A stretch of 64,000 nt of DNA from Gammaproteobacteria bacterium (GTDB lineage Bacteria; Pseudomonadota; Gammaproteobacteria; Ga0077536), in the NCBI GenBank assembly GCA_024234975.1, contig JACKNH010000004.1, forward strand, positions 355,784 through 419,783, written 5' to 3'. This document shows, one piece after another, positions 28,677-37,476 of this stretch. The position numbers and the translations under genes are program-made. The notes beneath the pieces are model-generated. The model was not told the origin of the DNA. It was given only the letters and a program-made list of their open reading frames with translations, and ran no database searches. Numbering within the stretch: the stretch's first letter is position 1; every line of letters starts with the position of its first letter.

Positions 28677-28892
28677 CTAGTAGAGGCGAACGCGGCGCAG
28701 ACCCTGACGGGCGACCTTCTTCTGCCAGCGTTTGACCGCGGCAGCCGCTTTGCGCTTGCGGATCTGCGTCGGTTTTTCATAGAACTCGCGACGATGCACT
28801 TCGGCCAGGATTCCGGCCTTTTCGCAGGCGCGCTTGAAGCGGCGCAGCGCGATATCGAAGGGTTCGTTATCTCGTACTTTAACGCTTGGCAT
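28677..28892 (-). CDS. rpsU: 30S ribosomal protein S21
   Basis: [48 protein letters not shown]. Confidence 0.95.
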   Translation of the reverse strand: MPSVKVRDNEPFDIALRRFKRACEKAGILAEVHRREFYEKPTQIRKRKAAAAVKRWQKKVARQGLRRVRLY

Positions 28893-29055
28893 ACTCTGGT
28901 ACCGGTTCCTCGAAGTGTTTCCGTATGGCTACGGGGCCGCGTATTCTATGCAGCGGTCAGCCAAAAGTCCAACCTGTTTGTGCCCGCCAAGCCTGCAATT
29001 TGCAGGCTACAGCCGAAGGTTGCGGCAAAAAAACCACGAATCTTGAAAGCACGCG

Positions 29056-30075
29056 GTGTACGTACTCGGAATCGAAACCTCATGTGACGAAACGGCGGTG
29101 GCGGTCTACCACCCCGAGCATGGCGTGCTGGGTCATGCTGTCCACAGCCAGATTGATATTCACGTCGCCTATGGCGGGGTGGTGCCGGAGCTTGCCTCGC
29201 GCGACCACATCCGCAAGACCGTGCCGATGATCCGCACCACGCTGGCCGACGCCGGGCTCGAACTCGGACAGATCGACGCCATTGCCTACACCGCCGGCCC
29301 GGGGCTGATCGGCGCCTTGCTGGTCGGCGCGACACTGTCGCGCAGTCTGGCCTGGTCGCTGGGTATCCCGGCCGTGGCGGTTCACCACATGGAAGGTCAT
29401 TTGCTGGCGCCACTGCTGGAGGACGACCCGCCGCAGATGCCATTTGTCGCCCTGCTGGTCTCCGGGGGCCATACCTTGCTGGTGGAGGTCACCGAGATCG
29501 GCCGCTACCGGCTGCTCGGCGAATCGCTGGATGACGCCGCCGGTGAAGCGTTCGACAAGGTAGCCAAGATGCTGGGTCTGCCGTATCCGGGGGGACCCGC
29601 CATCGAACGATTGGCAGCGCAGGGCGACCCTGCGCGATTCCGCTTTCCCCGTCCAATGACCGACCGGCCGGGGCTGGATTTCAGCTTCAGCGGCTTGAAG
29701 ACCCACGCCATGACCACGCTGCGCACTGCCGGCGACGACGAGCAGACCAAAGCCGATATCGCCCGCGCGTTTCTCGATGCCGTGGTCGATACGTTTACCA
29801 TCAAGTGTCGGCGGGTGTTCAAGCAGACCGGCTTGAAAACACTGGTCGCGGCCGGCGGCGTCAGTGCAAACCGCCAGCTGCGCGCGGCGCTGGGCGAGCT
29901 GGCCGCGAACGTGGGTGGGAGGGTGGCCTTCCCGCGCCCGGCGTTCTGCACCGACAACGGCGCGATGATTGCGTACGCCGGCTATCGGCGGCTGGCGGCG
30001 GGTGAAGGGCCGACCGAAAGTGCCGGCGTCCGACCCCGGTGGCCGTTGGTGGAGCTGACGGCCCCGGGCAGCTGA
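29056..30075 (+). CDS. tsaD: tRNA N6-adenosine threonylcarbamoyltransferase
   Basis: [15 protein letters not shown] ... [10 protein letters not shown] ... LLVSGGHT ... is divergent from rpsU. GTG start. Confidence 0.95.
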   Translation: MYVLGIETSCDETAVAVYHPEHGVLGHAVHSQIDIHVAYGGVVPELASRDHIRKTVPMIRTTLADAGLELGQIDAIAYTAGPGLIGALLVGATLSRSLAWSLGIPAVAVHHMEGHLLAPLLEDDPPQMPFVALLVSGGHTLLVEVTEIGRYRLLGESLDDAAGEAFDKVAKMLGLPYPGGPAIERLAAQGDPARFRFPRPMTDRPGLDFSFSGLKTHAMTTLRTAGDDEQTKADIARAFLDAVVDTFTIKCRRVFKQTGLKTLVAAGGVSANRQLRAALGELAANVGGRVAFPRPAFCTDNGAMIAYAGYRRLAAGEGPTESAGVRPRWPLVELTAPGS

Positions 30076-30675
30076 TTACACCTGCTTGCGTTGTCCGATG
30101 CGGCTTTCCTCGCCGCGTATCAGCCGCGAAATATTGCCGCGGTGCCTGATAAACAGCAGTACCGCCATCAGTACCAAGGCGGCGACCTGTACCGGCGGAA
30201 GGTCCAGATACCACGCCAGCAGCGGCGTCAGTGCGGTGGCCGTCAAAGCGGACAGCGAAGATATTCGCGTGATGAGCGCGGTGACCAGCCACAGTCCTAG
30301 GAACCCCAGACCCAGCGGCCAGTAAAGTCCCGTCAATACGCCGATGAAGGTAGCTACTCCCTTGCCGCCCCGAAAGCCGAAAAACACCGGGAACAGGTGG
30401 CCGAGAAAAGCTGCAACACCGGTCACGGCAATCACTGCGGGATCCGGCGTGAAATGTGGGGCGACGACGACCGGAATGACACCTTTGGCCACATCGCCGG
30501 CGAGAGTAAGCGCCGCCGGTAATTTACCGGCACTGCGCAGAACATTCGTGGCGCCGGGGTTGCCCGATCCCGACGACCGGGGATCGGCATGGCCGAACAG
30601 CTTGCTGATGATGATCGCCGATGACAGCGAGCCCAGCAGGTAGGCAAATACGATCAAGGCCGCTGCAATCAACAT
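30076..30675 (-). CDS. plsY: Glycerol-3-phosphate acyltransferase PlsY
   Basis: GSGNPGATNVLR and FRGGKGVAT motifs; multi-TM, 199 aa. Confidence 0.9.
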   Translation of the reverse strand: MLIAAALIVFAYLLGSLSSAIIISKLFGHADPRSSGSGNPGATNVLRSAGKLPAALTLAGDVAKGVIPVVVAPHFTPDPAVIAVTGVAAFLGHLFPVFFGFRGGKGVATFIGVLTGLYWPLGLGFLGLWLVTALITRISSLSALTATALTPLLAWYLDLPPVQVAALVLMAVLLFIRHRGNISRLIRGEESRIGQRKQV

Positions 30676-30816
30676 GCGCAGGCTCCGGCAAATAGCGTGG
30701 ACGGTGGTGCCGCCGGCGTTGCAGCGGGTCGAACATCATGCGGATTGCGCGGACGGCTGAGATTGGTCATCGGGCTTGGTACACTGCGGCAATTCTGGAA
30801 GTCAGCGCCGGTCACA

Positions 30817-31170
30817 ATGGATATTGTTTACCTCAATCAGCTTGAAGTCGATACCGTCATCGGCATCTATGCCTGGGAACGTCAGATACGCCAGACGTTA
30901 TTCATCGATCTGGAAATGGGCTTTGATAATCGCAAGCCCGCCGCCACCGACGCGATCGAAGACACGCTCGACTACAAGGCGGTGGCCAGGCGCGTCACCG
31001 CGTTCACCCAGGCCAGCGAATTCCAGCTGGTGGAAACCCTCGCCGAGCGTTTGGCGGCACTGCTGCGGGAGGAATTCGCCCTGCCGTGGGTCCGCATCCG
31101 CATCAACAAACGTGGTGCGTTGCGCCAGGCTCGCGATGTCGGCGTCATCATCGAACGTGGGCAGCGCTGA
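30817..31170 (+). CDS. folB: Dihydroneopterin aldolase
   Basis: MDIVYLNQLEVDTVIGIYAWERQIRQTLFIDLEM ... DTLDYKAV ... LVETLAERLA; 117 aa from the internal ATG. Confidence 0.85.
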   Translation: MDIVYLNQLEVDTVIGIYAWERQIRQTLFIDLEMGFDNRKPAATDAIEDTLDYKAVARRVTAFTQASEFQLVETLAERLAALLREEFALPWVRIRINKRGALRQARDVGVIIERGQR

Positions 31171-31171
31171 A

Positions 31172-31681
31172 ATGCCGCGCGTCTATGTCGGCATCGGCAG
31201 CAACATCGATCGTAGCCGGAACGTTCGCAGCGGCGTGGCCGCCTTGCGCGAAGCGTTCGGTGACGTTGAACTGTCGGAGGTCTATGAAGTGCCGGCGGTG
31301 GGTTTCGAAGGCGATCCGTTTTTCAACCTGGTGGCCGCTTTTGATACTGGTCTCGAGGTCGATGACGTCGTCCGTATACTGCGGGGCATCGAGGATGCCC
31401 ACCAGCGTGTGCGTGGTGGCGAACGTTATGCGCCGCGCACGCTGGATATCGACCTGCTGTTGTACGGTGATCTGGTACTGCGGCGCGAGGACCTCAAGCT
31501 GCCGCGTGCCGACGTGGAGAAATTCGATTTCGTATTGCGGCCGTTGGCGGAAATTGCGCCGGAAGGGCGTCATCCCGTGACCGGCCGCACCTTTGCCGAG
31601 ATGTGGCGGCAGTTTCCGTATGAGAAGCAGCCGGTTTCCATCGTGCCGGCGTTGTTTGTTGCCGGGGAGGCGGAGCCATGA
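31172..31681 (+). CDS. folK: 2-amino-4-hydroxy-6-hydroxymethyldihydropteridine pyrophosphokinase
   Basis: VYVGIGSNIDR ... PFFNLVAAF ... YAPRTLDIDLLLYGD ... LPRADVEKFDFVLRPLAEIAP. The ATG is 1 nt after the folB stop. Confidence 0.85.
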   Translation: MPRVYVGIGSNIDRSRNVRSGVAALREAFGDVELSEVYEVPAVGFEGDPFFNLVAAFDTGLEVDDVVRILRGIEDAHQRVRGGERYAPRTLDIDLLLYGDLVLRREDLKLPRADVEKFDFVLRPLAEIAPEGRHPVTGRTFAEMWRQFPYEKQPVSIVPALFVAGEAEP

Positions 31682-32097
31682 AGCGACATGTTTTGGCGGT
31701 TGCAGCGGTTATGTTGGGCGCGCTGCTGGTACTGGGCGGTTGCAACTCGGTGCGTGAAGACCGCAGTCTGCGAGCGCTGGATGAAACCTTGCGGGCCTAC
31801 GACCGGTTGATCCGCTGGGGACTGTTCGACGAGGCATTGAACTATGTCCGCACGCGCGACGGGCGCGACCTTGAAATCAACCTCGAGAACTACGAAGGCG
31901 TGCATGTCACCCGGCTTGACCCGCAGGCGCAGGCGTTGGCCGATGACAATACCGAAGCCAGGCTGCAAAACCGTCTGCAGTACTACCTGGACAACGCCGC
32001 GGTGGTCAAAACGACGACAGACAACCAGCTCTGGTGGTACGACGAGGAAGCCAAACGCTGGTTTCTCGATACCGGCCTGCCGGTGTTCGAGCGCTGA
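31678..32097 (+). CDS. Lipoprotein of unknown function
   Basis: Lipobox LLVLGGC after a signal peptide. The ATGA overlap with the folK stop suggests co-translation. Confidence 0.55.
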   Translation: MKRHVLAVAAVMLGALLVLGGCNSVREDRSLRALDETLRAYDRLIRWGLFDEALNYVRTRDGRDLEINLENYEGVHVTRLDPQAQALADDNTEARLQNRLQYYLDNAAVVKTTTDNQLWWYDEEAKRWFLDTGLPVFER

Positions 32098-32114
32098 ACC
32101 GGTCGACCTGCCTG

Positions 32115-32849
32115 TCAGATGTGCAGCATCCGGCCGCCGTCGACGGCCAGCACCTGGCCGGTGACGTAATCCGCCGTCAGCAGGTAGGCCGCCGCCTGGG
32201 CGATATCATCAGGGCTGCCGGATCGACGTAATGCCGTCTTGTTCAGAATGGCTGCCGTATGCGCCGCGTCAGCCTGTTCCGGCCACAGCACCGCGCCCGG
32301 TGAAATCCCGTTTACTCTGACGTCCGGCGCCAGCTCCAGTGCGAGGCTGCGCGTCATCATGATGAGTCCGGCCTTGGACATGGAATAAACGCTGTGCGCG
32401 GGCAGGGGGCGCTCACCGTATATATCGGTCAGATTGATGATGCAGCCCTGGCTCTCCCGCAGGTACGGCGACGCTGCCTGGCTCAACATGAACGGCGCTC
32501 TGAGATTGACGGACATGATGGCGTCCCAGTCCTGCCGGGTAATGCCGTCGACCTTCGTGGGATGAAATACCGACGCATTGTTGATCAACGCATCGCAACG
32601 ACCCCACCTCGCCAGCAGTTGCTCAATCAGTCGCACCGGTGTTTGGTCCGCGGCGAGATCGCCTTCCAGCAATAACGCAGAATCTGCCCGCTCGTGATTG
32701 AGACCCTCGGCCAGGGCCAGTGCGTGGGTGTGACTGCTGTTGTAATGCACGCCGACGCGGTACCCCATGGCGTGGAGCCTGGCGACGAGTACCGCCCCGA
32801 TCCGTTTAGCACCACCGGTGACGAGGGCGACTTTGTCCATTGTGGCCAT
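32115..32849 (-). CDS. Short-chain dehydrogenase/reductase, pteridine reductase (FolM/PTR1)-like
   Basis: VALVTGGAKRIGAVL ... HYNSS ... NNAS ... the YSMSKAG catalytic Y-x3-K ... PGAV. Confidence 0.7.
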   Translation of the reverse strand: MATMDKVALVTGGAKRIGAVLVARLHAMGYRVGVHYNSSHTHALALAEGLNHERADSALLLEGDLAADQTPVRLIEQLLARWGRCDALINNASVFHPTKVDGITRQDWDAIMSVNLRAPFMLSQAASPYLRESQGCIINLTDIYGERPLPAHSVYSMSKAGLIMMTRSLALELAPDVRVNGISPGAVLWPEQADAAHTAAILNKTALRRSGSPDDIAQAAAYLLTADYVTGQVLAVDGGRMLHI

Positions 32850-32863
32850 TAAGATGCGTTCCG

Positions 32864-34069
32864 ATGAATGAATCCGCGCAGAGCCTAACCCTGCCATCCC
32901 CGCCACCGGAAGCGCAACAGGCAAGTGCCACGTTGTGCGCGGACATCCGGCGCGCGATCGCGGATGCTGGCGGGGTGTTGCCGTTCGATGAGTATATGCG
33001 TCGCTGCCTCTATACCCCCGGCCTGGGCTATTACGCTGGCGGTTCAGTAAAGATTGGCGCCGCGGGCGATTTTGTCACCGCGCCGGAAATGGGGCCTTTG
33101 TTCGCGCAAGCCATCGCTGGCCAGATCGCCACCGTGCTGGACGACTTGGGACCGATCCCGGTGCTTGAATTCGGCGGTGGAACCGGGCGGCTGGCTGGCG
33201 ACCTGCTGGTGGCGCTCGCGGCGTCCGGTTCGCCCATGCCAACGTCCTACGTACTCATCGAGCCCAGTGCGGATTTGAAGCAACGGCAGCAGGCGTTGTT
33301 GCGCCAGGAGTACCCGAAGTTCCACGATGTCGTGACCTGGTGGGACGGTTTGCCGGCCTCGCCCCTGCGCGCAGTGGTCATCGCCAACGAGGTTCTGGAT
33401 GCACTGCCGGTCAAGGTGTTCGAGATCAGTGATGACGGTTGCCGCGAGCTTGGCATCGCCGACGACGCCAATGGTTTTACCTGGCAATCGATGGCGCCCT
33501 CATCGGCATTGGCGGCACGCGTTGCGTCCCTGTGCGGTGAATTGCCGTGGTCATTGCCGGTGGGTTACCGGTCGGAACTCGGGTTGTGGCAGAGCTCATG
33601 GATCAACACACTTGCCGCCGGGCTGTCCGAGGGTTTGATACTGTTGGCGGACTACGGCTATCCGGCACACGAGTACTACCACCCGGAGCGTGGCCAAGGG
33701 ACGTTGATGTGCCACTATCGTCACCGCGCGCATGACAACCCGCTGCTATGGCCGGGCTTGCAGGACATCACCGCCAGTGTGGATTTCACGGCGGTGGCGG
33801 ATGCTGCGCACGAGGCCGGACTCGATGTCATCGGCTATACGACGCAAGCCCACTTCCTGCTGGGCGGCAATCTGGGACCAGCGGGGGGCGCAGCAGCAAG
33901 CGCGTTTGCCGACCCTCACAATGCGGGGGCGGCACGCCAGCTGTTGCTGCCGGGTCAGATGGGTGAGCGCTTCAAGCTGATGGCGCTGGGGCGGGGGATC
34001 AGGCGACCGTTGCCGGGTTTCGCGCTGTTCGACCAACGGCATCGGCTCTTGCCACCGCTGTCCGGCTGA
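32864..34069 (+). CDS. Class I SAM-dependent methyltransferase, NDUFAF7/MidA (DUF185) family
   Basis: YMRRCLYTPGLGYYAGG ... GDFVTAPEMGPLFAQ ... LEFGGGTGRLAGDLL ... ANEVLDALPV. Confidence 0.75.
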   Translation: MNESAQSLTLPSPPPEAQQASATLCADIRRAIADAGGVLPFDEYMRRCLYTPGLGYYAGGSVKIGAAGDFVTAPEMGPLFAQAIAGQIATVLDDLGPIPVLEFGGGTGRLAGDLLVALAASGSPMPTSYVLIEPSADLKQRQQALLRQEYPKFHDVVTWWDGLPASPLRAVVIANEVLDALPVKVFEISDDGCRELGIADDANGFTWQSMAPSSALAARVASLCGELPWSLPVGYRSELGLWQSSWINTLAAGLSEGLILLADYGYPAHEYYHPERGQGTLMCHYRHRAHDNPLLWPGLQDITASVDFTAVADAAHEAGLDVIGYTTQAHFLLGGNLGPAGGAAASAFADPHNAGAARQLLLPGQMGERFKLMALGRGIRRPLPGFALFDQRHRLLPPLSG

Positions 34070-34177
34070 ACACGGCAACGGTAGAACCACGATGCAGCAT
34101 CCCGTCGCGCGGATCGCAGGCCCGGTCTGGTGACATAGAATGCCCACAGTCAACGCGCATTCAGCGCCGAGGTAGCC

Positions 34178-35104
34178 GTGATGACTCAACGCCCGCCAGG
34201 CGAGGACCGCGTAATCATGTTTGCCGATATCGTCGGCAGTACGCGCGTTTACGAGTCTCTGGGGGACACCGCGGCCAATGCGCTGCTTCGCGAACGATTG
34301 GAATTGCTCAAGCGCGTCGCTGCCGAGCAGGGTGGCGAAACCGTCGCCGAGATCGGCGATGAAATCATGTGCATTTTCGAGCGGGCGTCGGGCGCAGCCC
34401 ATGCGGCTTGCGAAATGCATGCCGAGCTGGCGCGCCTGCCGGAGGATGATCTTCCCGTCGTTCGCCTGCGCATCGGCATGCATCAGGGGCCGCTGGCCGG
34501 TTCGTCAGACGACCTGATAGGCGAAACCGCCAAGATTGCGCAGTGGGCCACCCGCCATGCCAAGCCCGAACAGACATTGATCACGCGCAACGTGCACGAG
34601 GCCTTGCCTCGGTTGTTCAAGGCAGTATCGCGCTTCGTGGACGACGAGACCTGGGATTCGCTGGAAACGGATCACCTGGAGCTGCATGAACTGATTTGGG
34701 ACGTCGAAGCGATTACGGTGCACAAGGAAGAAACCATGCCGTCGCCGGCCAATCGTTTCAGCCATGTCGACGTGTTATGCGGTGAACGCCATTTCGTACT
34801 CAATACCGTGCATCCAGTGCTCAGCATCGGCCGCCATGCCGCGAACGATATCGTGATTAACCATGAGCTGGTGTCGCGCCAGCATGCGACGCTGCAGTTC
34901 AGCCGTGGCCGGTGTACCTTGAGCGACAACAGTACCAACGGCACGTTCATCATCACGTCCAGCCAGACCCGCGTGCCGGTACGGCGCGAGACCTTTCCGC
35001 TCGACAAATCCGGCACCATCTACCTCGGTGAGCCGGGGCCGGAGAAGGAACCGTTTGCCCTGACCTTCATCTGCTACCCGGAAACCGGCGACGCCGACGA
35101 CTGA
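34178..35104 (+). CDS. Class III nucleotidyl cyclase homology domain fused to a C-terminal FHA domain
   Basis: VIMFADIVGSTRVYESLGD, EIGDEIMCIF and RLRIGMHQGPL form the cyclase core. LSIGRHAANDIVINHELVSRQHATLQFSRGRCTLSDNSTNGTFI is an FHA domain. Confidence 0.75.
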   Translation: MMTQRPPGEDRVIMFADIVGSTRVYESLGDTAANALLRERLELLKRVAAEQGGETVAEIGDEIMCIFERASGAAHAACEMHAELARLPEDDLPVVRLRIGMHQGPLAGSSDDLIGETAKIAQWATRHAKPEQTLITRNVHEALPRLFKAVSRFVDDETWDSLETDHLELHELIWDVEAITVHKEETMPSPANRFSHVDVLCGERHFVLNTVHPVLSIGRHAANDIVINHELVSRQHATLQFSRGRCTLSDNSTNGTFIITSSQTRVPVRRETFPLDKSGTIYLGEPGPEKEPFALTFICYPETGDADD

Positions 35105-35240
35105 CCGGCGCCGCCTGCCGCTGTCGCCGCCATGGTGTAAACTGCCGGTCCTGCAATGCCCACGCCGGGCCGCGGCGGCAGATCCGCCGGCTCGCGACAC
35201 GAAGAGAATCTCGTAGAACACGAAAAACGGAGTCAATCAA

Positions 35241-36185
35241 ATGAAGGTTTGCATGATCGGAAACGGTGCTTTTGCCAAGAAGCATCTCAATGGTCTGAAG
35301 CGCATCGACGGGGTTGAGGTCGTGACCCTCGCCGGCGGCCGGCCTGAGGGCACGGAGAAAGTCGCGAAGGAATACGGCATTCCCCACTGGACCACCAGTC
35401 TGGACGAAGCGCTCGCCCAACCCGGCGTTGAAGCGTGCATCATTACCTCGCCGACCCAGATTCACGCTGAGCAAGCCATCAAGTGCATGCGCGCTGGCAA
35501 ACATGTCCATATTGAAATTCCGATCTGCGACAAGCTGGAAGACGCCTACGCCATCCAGAAGGTTCAGCAGGAAACCGGCATGATTGCGATGGGCGGTCAT
35601 ACGCGGCGTTTCAATCCCAGTCACCAGTGGATTCACAACAAGATAGTTGCCGGTGAATTGAAACTGCAGCATCTGGTCGTGCAGACGTTCTTCTTCCGCC
35701 GCACCAACATGAATGCCGAAGGTCAGGCGCGCAGCTGGGTCGACCATCTGCTGTGGCACCACGCCTGCCATACCGTTGACCTGTTCTCGTACCAGACCGG
35801 TGAGCAGCCGGACAAGGTGAATGCGATGGAAGGCCCGCATCATCCCGAGCTTGGTATCGCGATGGATATGAACATTGCCATGCATGTACCGTCCGGTGCC
35901 TTGTGCACGCTGGCCTTGTCGTTCAACAACGATGGTCCGCTCGGCACATTCTTCCGCTACATCTGCGACAACGGCACTTACATTGCCCGCTACGATGACC
36001 TGGTGGACGGCAAGGAAAATCCAATCGACGTAACCAAGGTGGCGGTATCCACCGATGGCATTGAATTGCAGGATCGTGAGTTCTTCGCCGCCATCCGTGA
36101 AGGCCGCGAACCCAACGCCAGCATCAACGAACTGGTGCCGGTGATGGAGACGTTGGACAAGCTGGAAAAATCGCTCAGCGCCTGA
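35241..36185 (+). CDS. Gfo/Idh/MocA family oxidoreductase
   Basis: The N-terminal Rossmann fold MKVCMIGNGAFAKKHL ... ACIITSPTQIHAEQAIKCMRAGKHVHIEIP. GGAG lies 9 nt upstream. Confidence 0.8.
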   Translation: MKVCMIGNGAFAKKHLNGLKRIDGVEVVTLAGGRPEGTEKVAKEYGIPHWTTSLDEALAQPGVEACIITSPTQIHAEQAIKCMRAGKHVHIEIPICDKLEDAYAIQKVQQETGMIAMGGHTRRFNPSHQWIHNKIVAGELKLQHLVVQTFFFRRTNMNAEGQARSWVDHLLWHHACHTVDLFSYQTGEQPDKVNAMEGPHHPELGIAMDMNIAMHVPSGALCTLALSFNNDGPLGTFFRYICDNGTYIARYDDLVDGKENPIDVTKVAVSTDGIELQDREFFAAIREGREPNASINELVPVMETLDKLEKSLSA

Positions 36186-37341
36186 GGACGCCGGCAATCG
36201 CGGCGAGTCGTCGTTCGCGAATACTTTCGGCAAGTTGCGGACCTGTGTGGCCTTGCGCCGCCAGGTCCGCAATCGTTTGCGCCGCTGCTGCCCGCAGAAC
36301 CTGTTGCAGCAGCGCGCGTTGCGGATAGGCCGCCGTCTCTGCCGGGTGACCTGCCTGCCAGTTAAGTTCACACACGGCAAATACCGATTCAGCGCGCTCA
36401 CCGCGGCGGAACCCATCCAAACCCTGCAATAAAACCAGCAGTTCCTCCGGGCTGGCTGACAGCGCACGGTCGCATACTGTCCGGTGCCGGATACATAACA
36501 CCGACAGGTCACGCCAATCGTTGGGCGCCCGCCAACGGCGGCAGAAGGCCTGTGCGGCATTAACATCCCGGTCGCCGGCGCCGGTATGCAGCAAGAGAAG
36601 TGCATAGCGTTGCATCTCGTCGACGCCCAGTGCCGCTGCATGGCAGAGCGAGTGCAGCGTGTGCAAACCGGCATCCGTTTCGGCGTTTTCCAGCAGAATT
36701 CCTTTGCCGAACAAGCCATCAATTTCCGGAAACAGCACTGCCAGCGCGTCGCATTCGCATAAAACCTGGAAAAATCGCGCAGGGTAAGGCTCGCCGAGGG
36801 CACGCCGTGTTTCGGTGAATACCCGCTCCGGCGTCAGGCTGTCCAGCTCACCGGAGTGCGCCATGGCGCGCATCAATGCCATCGTCTCGTCAACCACGGT
36901 GAAGTCGAACCGGGCCGCGAATCTGGCCACACGCAAGACGCGCAACGGGTCCTCGACAAATGCCGGCGACACGTGGCGCAGCAGCCGGTTCGACAGATCT
37001 TCCCGACCATCGAACGGATCGATGACCTCACCTTCAGCGGTCTCGGCCATCGCATTGATCGTGAGATCACGTCGCCGCAGGTCGTCCTCCAGCGTCACAT
37101 CCGGCGCGGCATGGACGATAAAACCCTTGTAGCCCGAGCCCTGCTTACGCTCGGTTCGCGCCAACGCGTATTCCTCGTGCGATTGTGGATGGAGAAACAC
37201 GGGAAAGTCGGCGCCGACCTGCTTGTAGCCCAGGCGAAGCATTTCTTCCGGCGTGCTGCCGACTACGACGTAGTCGCAATCCTTCGACGTCCGGCCCAGC
37301 AAGCGGTCGCGGACGACACCGCCCACGCGGTAAATCTTCAT
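36175..37341 (-). CDS. cca: CCA-adding tRNA nucleotidyltransferase
   Basis: MKIYRVGGVVRDRLLG ... DCDYVVVG ... RRRDLTINAMA, followed by a C-terminal HD-like region. Confidence 0.85.
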   Translation of the reverse strand: MKIYRVGGVVRDRLLGRTSKDCDYVVVGSTPEEMLRLGYKQVGADFPVFLHPQSHEEYALARTERKQGSGYKGFIVHAAPDVTLEDDLRRRDLTINAMAETAEGEVIDPFDGREDLSNRLLRHVSPAFVEDPLRVLRVARFAARFDFTVVDETMALMRAMAHSGELDSLTPERVFTETRRALGEPYPARFFQVLCECDALAVLFPEIDGLFGKGILLENAETDAGLHTLHSLCHAAALGVDEMQRYALLLLHTGAGDRDVNAAQAFCRRWRAPNDWRDLSVLCIRHRTVCDRALSASPEELLVLLQGLDGFRRGERAESVFAVCELNWQAGHPAETAAYPQRALLQQVLRAAAAQTIADLAAQGHTGPQLAESIRERRLAAIAGVLRR

Positions 37342-37476
37342 GGTGCGAAACCTGCGGCACGCAAGTGCCACCGACAGCAGCAGCCGAAGCCCACTGCACT
37401 GAATTTGCAAACGCTGAACATGGCGCCAGCTTAAATGTGGTGGCGCGGAGTGTGAAGTGGAATCAGGTCAGGCGGG

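Noticed and set aside
28044-29087. 347-aa plus-strand ORF across the yqeY-rpsU region
   Set aside because: It is antisense to rpsU and yqeY, both of which are unambiguous. This is a shadow ORF.
30776-31681. 301-aa ORF spanning folB and folK
   Set aside because: Only its second half (from ATG 31172) matches HPPK. The first half is an out-of-frame read through folB.
35067-36803. 578-aa ORF on the minus strand, the longest unassigned ORF in the track
   Set aside because: It runs antisense to the Gfo/Idh/MocA gene and out of frame through cca. Its translation is Arg/Cys/Trp-rich with no motifs. This is a typical shadow ORF in high-GC DNA.
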